Below are positions 54,122-64,000 of a stretch of DNA of 64,000 nt, piece by piece (the stretch's first letter is position 1; every line of letters starts with the position of its first letter). A program made the position numbers and the translations under genes. The DNA is from Eledone cirrhosa (Eukaryota), in NCBI GenBank assembly GCA_964016885.1, contig OZ024743.1, positions 330,646,001 through 330,710,000 of the forward strand, written 5' to 3'. The notes under the pieces are model-generated. The model ran no database searches. It had not been told where the DNA came from and saw only the letters and a program-made list of their open reading frames with translations.

Positions 54122-54341
54122 GTGGTGTGTGTGTGTGTGTTTGTGTGTGTTTGTATGTTTGTATGTGTGTACAAACGAAGACGAGTAAATTCACTACGTT
54201 GAGTACTCTCCACAATATTACATCAAGATTGACCATACGGAATGACCAGTTCTATCCAGTGGTGAACCAACAAACCTAAATATATATTTATAAATGTATA
54301 TATTAATTGGTGTCTGCATATGTGTGTGATTGTGTGATTGT

Positions 54342-54372
<31 letters not shown>

Positions 54373-54634
54373 TTGCATCTGTGTGTGCATATATATTTAT
54401 TTGTGTGAATTTCTCTAGAGTGGACAGACCATTGTTATTGCCCTAATATCTAAAATATACCGGAAGCTGCTCTTGAACCGGCCAAGTTAACCGGAAGTAA
54501 TTAACATCTTAACTTGGCAGTACATCTTTCCATAAGTATTGTTTGCAGCAATTTATTTATGATGAAACTAGCAACGATGACACAATAAATCCCATGTTAT
54601 GATGTTGTAAACTTTTTATGAGGTTTATAAGGTT

Positions 54635-55090
54635 TAAATCATTAAGTTATGATATCGTAACATTTCTAAAGACGACATTATTAAGTTATGATATCGTAAC
54701 ATTTCTAAAGACGACATCATTAAGTTATGATATCGTAACATTTCTAAAGACGACATCATTAAGTTATGATATCGTAATGTTTCTAAAGACGATATCATTA
54801 AGATATGATATCGTAATGTTTCTAAAGACGATATCATTAAGATATGATATCGTAATGTTTCTAAAGACGATATCATTAAGATATGATATCGTAATGTTTC
54901 TAAAGACGACATCATTAAGTTATGATATCGTAATGTTTCTAAAGACGATATCATTAAGATATGATATCGTAATGTTTCTAAAGACGATATCAATAAGGTA
55001 TGATATCGTACATTTTCCCGAAGATGATTTCGGTAAGTTATGATATCGTAGTATTTCTATAGACGACATCATAACGTTATGATATATTAG
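54635..55090. repeat. 39-bp minisatellite
   Basis: taagttatgatatcgtaacatttctaaagacgacatcat, about 12 copies. Confidence 0.95.
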
Positions 55091-55208
55091 TATATGACTC
55101 ATTATTATGGTCTGATTATTTTCTGAATTAGTTGATGCATTGGTGTTGAGTTACAAACTATTCAGTTAGGAGTAACGTTAGGGATGATATTTTTCGCCCC
55201 CCCCCCCC

Positions 55209-55272
<64 letters not shown>

Positions 55273-55277
55273 GTTTT

Positions 55278-55378
55278 GATCGCCAGTCTGAAGAGGAGGT
55301 TGTTAATGGAGTTGGGTCCATAACCTGTATGGGTGAACCTGAGCCAATCCTCTACGAAACGCGTGTAACAGGTCGATC
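55278..55378 (+). ncRNA. solo type I hammerhead ribozyme
   Basis: gatcgccagt CTGAAGA ggaggtt...aatcctctac GAAA cgcgtg TA acaggtcgatc. Confidence 0.65.
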
Positions 55379-55431
55379 CACAATAAGAGAATTAGATACA
55401 TGTAAACGAAACTTCATTGTTTATATATATA

Positions 55432-55463
<32 letters not shown>

Positions 55464-55499
55464 TGTGTAATGTATATATGTATGTTTGTATGTATGTAT

Positions 55500-56115
55500 G
55501 TCGGGTCACTCTTGGGTGCTACTGGTAACATGTAACCCAGTACAACCTGTCGCATAGTCGGGTCGTCGGCAAATAAACCAGCAACCCCACCAAATTTACT
55601 TGGTGAGGAGGGTGATTTTGGACACCCTGCAGGACAAAAAATAAAACCTGACAAAGGGCGGAAGAACACATAAGAGTCAACGGCCATCCGAAAATGTGTA
55701 AATATGTATGTACATGTGTATATACAGTATATATGTATATACATGTATGCATATGTATATATATGCACGGTGACATAGAAATAATCGGGTGGGATACCCG
55801 ATCGTGCGGTTAAACCACTGGGAGTGAAGGGCCCCTAGCCTTTGTCGGGGCATTCTTCTAGGAGAAGGCAACTCAGGAAACTGGGATAATTTCGATATAA
55901 AACCTGCGGCTCAGTAGTTACCGATGATGTTGATCTTTTCTTCTTTTCGGGTTATAGCTACTGTCGCTCAGAGAGTGGGATTGGCTCAGTGCACAGTCTT
56001 TCCTCACTTTAAAAAATTCTTCACGCACAGGCATTGCACGATAGAATTAATTGATAATTATTAATAATGTTATATCGTACAATGACCATACTCGATAACG
56101 ATGGAGCAGCTATCA
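55500..56115 (+). mobile_element. diverged RTE-like non-autonomous element
   Basis: 5' part homologous to 56160. 3' hairpin ctcgataacga followed by a (GTAT)n tail. Confidence 0.6.
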
Positions 56116-56159
56116 TGTATATATGTATGTATGTAGTATGTATGTATGTATGTATGTGT

Positions 56160-56793
56160 GTCAGGTCACCAGGTGGTGCTGCTGGTAACATGTATCCCAG
56201 TACAACCTGTCCCATGGTCGGCTCGTTGGCGATTAAACTGGCAACCCCACCAAGGTTTCTTGGTGAGGAGGGTGACTTTGGACATCCTGCAGGACTAAAA
56301 ACAAAACCTGTCAAAGGGCAAAGGAGCTCTTAAGCGTCAATGGCCATCCAAAATCACCGGGAGAGATGACTCCTTAGCCTTTGTCAAGGCAGAATTCTAG
56401 GAGAAGGAAAACTCTTATATAACACCTGCAACTCTGATGGTATCCAATGATGTTGATTTGTTCTTCTTTTTGGTAAATATCATCTTGGTTAAGAGAGTGG
56501 GACTGGCTTTGTGCAGTGCCTTTGCTTACTATAAAAGCTTCACGGCACAGGCATTGCTTTATATCTGGAAATCTCTCTGCACTTGTCGTCACATGGTACC
56601 ATGGGACAGCACTATGTGTCAATAATTGTCACAAGTGTAGTGTTTGTACCAGAGTTTTCAAGTCGCTGGCTGGACTAAAAAATTACACTCGTTCAGCACA
56701 TCGGTAGGGGTTCTCCTACATGGATATAAAGTAGTGGCCGTACTCGAAAACGAGTTGGCAGCCACCATGTATGTATGTATGTATGTATGTATG

Positions 56794-56824
<31 letters not shown>

Positions 56825-56845
56825 GTATGTATGTATGTATGTATG
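56160..56845 (+). mobile_element. non-autonomous RTE-like element with (GTAT)n tail
   Basis: Same as 34795-35404. Confidence 0.7.
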
Positions 56846-57289
56846 TCAATGGCCATCCAAAATCACTGGGAGAGATGACCCCTTAGCCTTTGTCAAGGCA
56901 GAATTCTAGGAGAAGGAAAACTCTGATATAACACCTGCAACCCTGATGGTATCCAATGATGTTGACTTGTTCTTCTTTTTGGTAAATATCATCTTGGTTA
57001 AGAGAGTGGGACTGGCTTTGTGCAGTGCCTTTGCTCACTATAAAAGCTTCACGGCACATGCATTGCTTTGTATCTGGAGATCTCTCTGCACTTGTCGTCA
57101 CATGGTACCAAAGGCAAAGCACTATGTGTCAATAATTGTCACAAGTGTAGTGTTTGTACCAGAGTTTTCAAGTCGCTGGCTGGACTAAAAAGTCACACTC
57201 GTTCAGCGCATCGGTAGGGGTTCTCCTACATGGATATAAAGTAGTGGCCGTACTCGAAAACGAGTTGGCAGCCACCATGTATGTATGTA
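56845..57289 (+). mobile_element. 5'-truncated tandem copy of the RTE-like element
   Basis: Matches 56336-56768. Confidence 0.7.
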
Positions 57290-57662
57290 GATCCGTATGT
57301 GGTTGACAGCTGCGAAATAAGAGTACTTAATACCGAAGTAGAGTTTTAATATGCATTTTATTAAGGCTAAATAGTGAGTCATATTACATTGGAGTTTCGA
57401 CCGTTTATCACAGGGTCATCAGACAAGAACAAACTTTTCAATAGCAGACACAGTATAAATAAAGGAAGACTCGGGGTGGAGGATGGGTGTTTAAATGAGA
57501 AGGGTGGACAGTTTAATTAAGATATGGACAGGGTGGACAGGGTGGTGATGAAAGTTGGGGAGGGTCCTCGAGTGTTCCTTTATTTATACTGTGTCTATTG
57601 AAACGTAAGTTCTTGTCTGATGACCCTGTGATAGACAGCCGAAATGCCAGTGTAACAAGACT
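57290..57662. mobile_element. fold-back insert with two HHRs and tail
   Basis: Plus strand: tcttgt CTGATGA ccctgtgatagacagcc GAAA tgccagtg TA acaaga (57611-57660). Mirror HHR at ~57380-57430. Confidence 0.75.
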
Positions 57663-57673
57663 ATATATGTATA

Positions 57674-57753
<80 letters not shown>

Positions 57754-57763
57754 TATGTATATA

Positions 57764-57829
<66 letters not shown>

Positions 57830-57843
57830 TGTAAAGTTATATT

Positions 57844-57946
<103 letters not shown>

Positions 57947-57947
57947 G

Positions 57948-57992
<45 letters not shown>

Positions 57993-57993
57993 G

Positions 57994-58086
<93 letters not shown>

Positions 58087-58116
58087 GTATATATATATAA
58101 TGTATATATATATCTG

Positions 58117-58176
<60 letters not shown>

Positions 58177-58180
58177 TATA

Positions 58181-58279
<99 letters not shown>

Positions 58280-58302
58280 GTATATATATATATATATTTA
58301 TA

Positions 58303-58391
<89 letters not shown>

Positions 58392-58404
58392 GTATATATA
58401 TATA

Positions 58405-58512
<108 letters not shown>

Positions 58513-60374
58513 TTTATTTTTATATAATGGAAATAATTGACGTTGTGTCACCTAGAAGCTAAACATACACTTATAACCTCCTGTATGTATAATGTAACCC
58601 CACTAAACAATATATACATATATATATATAGATGTGTGTGTGTAGGAGTAAGTGTGTGTGTCTGTGTCAGTACACTCAATATATATATACGTAATTATTT
58701 ACTATAACCTTGTGTTGATCCAAGCGTTGTGGGTGAAATAGATTTGACGGAAACTGTTTAGAAATCCGTCGGCTGGATTGTCCTCCTAATTCAAAGGCCC
58801 AGTCATACACTTTGTCACGCAGAATTTCCGTGAGAATGGCATGAAGAATACATGTGTTGGGAAATGCTCAATCACATGAGCGGTGATCTTTGAGCATTCT
58901 GTTCTGATAGCACAACTGGAACTATCATAATTGAAACCATCCGTTTCTTATGTGTCATGTCAGCTAATTTAAACTAGCTTTACTAGTTCAATTTATTTAC
59001 CCCCATATGCTATCCCAGCTGACTTAAACAACCTTTGCTAGTTAGACTTATGTACGTTTATGTGTTAAGGTGGAGAAATAGCAGAGTCGTTAGAACGTCA
59101 CAAAGAATGTTTTGTGGTATTCTTTTCAGCACTCTGCTCTCTGAGTTCAAATCTCAACTTTGCCTTTCATCCATTCGAGTCGATAAATAAAGTACCAGTC
59201 TAGTAATAGGCTCGATTCTTCTTCTATATCTATTTCTCACTTCCATTCTTTCAATTGATATCCTTCTCTGGATGAAATCTGCTGTATTCAGACCTAGAAA
59301 GGAGGTGGCCTCTGCTAGGCTTAAAGACAAAATGCCATATAAATGCTGTATGTCAATACTGTGCCCCTACGCATATCCCAGCATATGACTGTGAGACGTT
59401 TTCCCGACGGCCTGGAGGTAACCCATAATGCTGCAAACCTTGGTCTGGCTCGCCAGTCTCAACCTGCTTCTCTAACTATTGTACATATGTTATACAACAA
59501 GAAGACTACAAAATATAATTGTTCTGTTTTAGACATTACAGCTAATCATCATTTTCTTTGAGACTAACTTATATGTTTGTTGATAGCAGCTCATTAAAAA
59601 TCCCGGATTAGTCAATATATAAAATCTCTTACAGTCTGATGCTATTATGTAATACAGAAAATACGACAGTGTGTCTACATTAAACCTACAGAATTTCTCG
59701 CCGTCGAAGACACTTCGCTCTCGAGCTAGCACCCCAATTTTGTCAACCAAACATTTGAAAATTAATAATAAACAAAAAATAAGGTCCCGGCACTTCGGGT
59801 CTTATTACCTTATTTTCTAATTACATTTTGTTTATTTACTATTATAACTAAGTTTAATTTATATATTTCATTGAGAGGGTATATTCAGGAGTTCAGATTA
59901 CTGTCTAGCAGAGATAAGTTTCCTCTGGAATTAGGATATGTCTACGAGAAACGCAACCTTCGGCTACAAGGACGCATGGTAGATTTTCAAGATTTATTTT
60001 AGGAAAACAATAACATCTACGACGCAGGGAAATACGGTAATTAAATATAGAGGCAAGGAGGCGTGTGGAATTGTGGGTGGTGTGTTTGGCTCGTGGCTGT
60101 AATGTCGTAGGTTCGATCCATACCAGTTGGTGACTGACGGGCGAAGAATTGTATGACTCTTAGTCGCTTAACGCCACTAAAATCGGAATAAATTACAGTG
60201 TAATGAGGATTAATGCTCAAGAAAAACCTTTACTTTAAGTAGTTATACGGGATTGTCTTTTACATACACGCACAGAAGATAGAAGGACATAGATTTGCTG
60301 AACCGGTTTCTATTTCTATCATTATTTCGAGAGCATTTGACTACTATTCTCTAAATAAACAAGAATATATATAT

Positions 60375-60650
60375 ACGCGTGTTCTAGTGGTAAGGGTGTT
60401 GGACTTACAATCATAATGCTGTGGGCTCGATTCCTGGGCTGGGTTGAGTGTTGTGGACTTGAACAAAACACTTCATTTCATGTTGCTCTAGTATACTCAC
60501 CTGAAAATGAATACCAAGCAATAACCGGCGGATTAACTCTGCGATAGACTGGCGTTCTCTCCAGCGAGGGGACTTGTACTCTCAGTCACTTCACGCCACT
60601 AAACCGGGATAAGCTCCGACCTAATGAGTCTTATGGTTTGAGACAGACTT
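60375..60650 (+). mobile_element. SINE family 2
   Basis: tRNA-like head, CORE-like body, tail aaaccgggataagctcc. Confidence 0.8.
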
Positions 60651-60780
60651 AAATATATATATATATATATGGATAATACTGTAAATAAAACCCCTTTTTG
60701 TACCGTTGACCATGTTATTCTTCATTCTTTCAATATATATATATATATAGAAGTGGTTACACAACAGTTAGTTCACTATA

Positions 60781-60820
60781 CCGAGAACAATTATTTCACC
60801 TTCGCGGATCTTCAGCTCGG
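60781..60820 (-). ncRNA. minimal HHR in the 3' pLTR
   Basis: ccgag CTGAAGA tccgcgaaggt GAAA taattg TT ctcgg. Confidence 0.75.
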
Positions 60821-61003
60821 GATGTATATGGTTATAGGAACAGGAAGTACAACCGTACGAACGCGCATGCGCAGAAACTCGCTCACTTCCACAGGCAATA
60901 GTAGACTGCGTGCGGGGGGTGTAAGGAAGATAACTGCGAAAGTCCGGAAAGTTTTTTGGTTGAAAATAAAATAAAAAAATTTAAAAATAAAATTACAAAG
61001 AAT

Positions 61004-63098
61004 CAGTCCGGAGCCTTGTAGTTATGTAATAGATGTTTGGTGACGTGTGGACAACGTGTGAAAAATTCACTTCTCGTGTTTAGGCAATCACTATTGCGTA
61101 ATCTCTTTAGGATAGTTATTCGTTAGTCAACATATAAGCCACACGTCGGATTTCCCCTTGCGTATGGCTTGGACTTAGTGATGGCTTTCCATTGAATGGA
61201 GTACCCTATACTTGAGTCCTTGAGGGACCATACGTGGCTCGCGAGTTTCGTGGATGAACGTCTGTCCGGGTATCTGAAGGTAGACTGGTGGTTCAGGAAA
61301 CGCTCCTTGAATCGGCCCTCCGCCATGCCCACATAGGATTTGACCTCCTGTGGTTCGTTTGGTCCGTTGGAAGTGACCACAGCTTCATAGATTACAGCTG
61401 TTGCATTGTTGTTGAAGAGGGCAAGCGTCAGGCTTACGGCAAGATCACCCTGGTGGGGTGTTGCTCCTAGGGCTGCTGGTGATGTGGCCTTCATGTTCTT
61501 AGCGCAGGTGTATCCTAGTTTAACTTTGTGTCGGTTAAAGATGGAGCGGTATTTATGACCTATGGGGAAGTGTCTATCTAAGAGGGCTAGAAATGTTTTT
61601 CCTACATTGGTTTTAACGTTGAGTAAGAAGGGAGGAGAGAACCAGATAGTTTATCTATTGATGCGCTTACATTTTTTAATGGTGTTGTTGCTAGTGGGAG
61701 AGTAAGTGATAGGTTATGAGAAGCCGCTGTTAGCCAACTCCGTGTTATAGTAGGGTACCGCCCTGTCAAAGATAACCTTATTAGAGGAGAGGTTTGAGAT
61801 TCTAGTACTGATATTTTTAACGAAGTTTCTAAAAACAGTGGGAGGGTGGCATGAGTCCTTGTGAATATAATTAAGTTTATCGTTTACCTTATGGAAGGGT
61901 CTGTGGGTGTGTGTGCGAAGGTCTAAACTAATGTCTAAGAAATCCACGCTAGAGAGGTTGGTGGATACTGTTATCCTAAGGCCTAACTCATTGAAGGTAG
62001 AAGCTAAGTCTTTTTTAAACCGGTCGAGGGCGTGACCACTTTTATGGCTCGATAAAGTCAGTCCATCGTCACGGTATATTCCCGTGTGGAAGTCCGGGAA
62101 TCTAATACGTAATATGTCTAAGATAAAAAGGCCAACCAAGTCACATACGTCAGCACTGTCAAACGATCCCATGGAGACGTCGAACAGGTCTGAAGATGTA
62201 GACTTCTTTGCCCAGGCTACTCCGTCGTTGAAGAGGAGGGTTTTCCGGCAGTGAGCGATGATTTCCCTGTCTAAACCATCGACGGTGGTATAAGTGGTAG
62301 CGAAGTCCAACGCTTTGTTTAACAGGGTCTCTGAGATCGACGGGTAAAAATCTACAATGTCAAACTGTGTAAACTTCGCTTTTTTGGATTTTAAGGAGTT
62401 AAACCACTTAATTACGGAGTCGCTGTTCTCCCACTGGGGCAGGTTGGACTTGGTCCTAATAGCCTTAACTATGTTTCTATGTATGGCCTTACTGACTAGT
62501 CCCATATCTGTGCGTGCCGTGTTTATTAGTCTGCATGTGGGGTTAGAAGTAAAGTCAACCTTGTGATCTTTCAGGGTGAGGAATGCCTCTCGCTTAGCTA
62601 GAGATTGTAGCTTCTTATCTACCTTAAGGTCGGTGGCGAGTTCCTTGGCTTCTGTATTAATGTCGTGGTAGGCCATAGGGTAGCTTTCTTATATTTAGAA
62701 GTAATAGCGTTATGGGCCAGGTGGCAGAAAGTGGTGTTGTCGACTTCGTAAATATTGTTAGTTTTGTCGGAAAGGACGAAGGTGTTATTAGAAGACCTAA
62801 ATTTCTTAATATCGTTTCTGAGTTTCGTTTGAAAGGTGTTAGTGTGTTTGCGAAAGGAAATGTTAGCGACTAAGTCAAGAAGGTCCGTCTCGAAAGGAGC
62901 AAGTTCGGTTACCTTAGGAGGATAGGCTCTCGATTTCAGGTTGAAGGTGTTGTTTGTGCCTGTAATTTTGCCGTCGAAAGCGAGGGCTCGCCATATTAAG
63001 CGTCTGACGACATCTTCCGCTTTTTGTAGGAGGAGCTTTTGGTAAACATGGTTGGAGGGAGTTGGAATGTTCTTCAGGGAGTAATTCAGTTCGTATAA
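61004..63098 (-). pseudogene. PLE polyprotein: reverse transcriptase + GIY-YIG endonuclease, disrupted
   Basis: YSLKNIPTPS, SDKT, FDIVDFYPSI, MGSFDSADVCDLVG, YRDDGL, VDFLDISL, IWFSPPF, VIY...YVG, RFKERF. Frameshift ~62680, TAA at 61716-14 and 61653-51, further lesions in the linker and endonuclease. Confidence 0.93.
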
Positions 63099-63779
63099 AT
63101 GAAGGCCCACAACATCAGCAGCCCTAGTAGCAACACCCCACCAGGGTGCTCTTGCCGTAAGCCTGAAGCTTTTCCCCTTCAACAACAATGCAGCAGACCA
63201 GCTGTAATCTATGAAGTTGTGGTCACTTCCAACCGACCAAACGAACCACAGGAGGTCAAATCCTATGTGGGCATGGCGGAGCAGCCGATTCAAGGAGCGT
63301 TTCCTAAACCAGCAGTCTACCTTCAGATACCCGGACAGACGTTCATTCACGAAACACGCGAGCCACATATGGTCCCTCAAGGACTCAAGTATAGGGTACT
63401 CCATTCAATGGAAAGCCATCACTAAGTCCAAGCCATACGCAAGGGGAAATCCGACGTGTGGCTTATGTATTGACGAACGAATAACTATCCTAAAGAGATT
63501 ACGCAATAGTGATTGCCTAAACAAGAGAAGTGAATTTTTCAGACGTTGTCCACACGTCACCAAACATCTATCACATAACTACAAGGCTCCGGACTGGTTC
63601 TTTGTAATTTTATTTTTTAATTTTTTATTTTATTTTCAATCAAATAACTTTCCGGACTTTCGCAGTTATCTCCCTTACACTCCCCGCACGTAGTCTACTA
63701 TTGCCTGTGTGAAGTGAGCGAGTTTCTGCGCATGCGCGTTCGTACAGTTGTCCTTCCTGTTCCTATAACCATATACATC

Positions 63780-63819
63780 CCGAGCTGAAGATCCGCGAAG
63801 GTGAAACAATTGTTCTCGG
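63780..63819 (+). ncRNA. minimal HHR in the inverted pLTR
   Basis: ccgag CTGAAGA tccgcgaaggt GAAA caattg TT ctcgg. Confidence 0.8.
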
Positions 63820-63913
63820 TATAGTGAACTAACTGTTGTGTAACCACTTCTATCTAACTCGTCCCTTGGACTGAGTGCTCTACCACTACGGATATTACCT
63901 TCCAGTGTTCCAC

Positions 63914-63988
<75 letters not shown>

Positions 63989-64000
63989 AGTCTGTCTCAA

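Larger units (their letters stand above)
60749..63916 (-). mobile_element. Penelope-like retroelement (Naiad-like) with inverted pLTR, inserted in (TA)n
   Basis: Body 63098->60749. 63099-63852 is an inverted copy of 60749-61494, followed by a 64 bp tail. TA tracts on both sides. Confidence 0.93.

Noticed and set aside
56516-56707. Host C2H2 zinc-finger gene
   Set aside because: It lies within a multicopy retroposon and is its ORF remnant.
62619-63404. 261 aa ORF as a single protein
   Set aside because: It is chimeric: the first ~100 codons are antisense read-through of the inverted pLTR, and true PLE sequence starts near 63098.

Overview
Eukaryotic, very microsatellite-rich non-coding DNA. 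The SINE families and (TA)n/(CA)n load suggest an octopod cephalopod (inference). Almost all ORFs in the track are simple-repeat artefacts. Real content: (1) a near full-length, decayed Penelope-like retroelement (PLE; RT + GIY-YIG, Naiad-like) at 60749-63916, with ~750 bp inverted terminal repeats each carrying a hammerhead ribozyme (HHR), plus two more PLE coding fragments. (2) More than a dozen 100-600 bp fold-back or solo inserts in (TA)n tracts, from several unrelated families. Most contain a minimal type I HHR (CUGAnGA...GAAA, palindromic stem III), often followed by AATAAA, and a one-sided tail. The tails of unrelated families share a bipartite motif, YGAGTRCTC...CATACGGA. (3) A tandem 523-nt HHR-to-HHR unit resembling a retrozyme. 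(4) A ~5 kb tandem duplication giving a filled/empty site pair for one fold-back insert. (5) tRNA-derived SINEs, a non-autonomous Helitron, non-autonomous RTE-like elements, minisatellites and a few possible host exons. All folds and alignments were done by eye; none were computed or searched.
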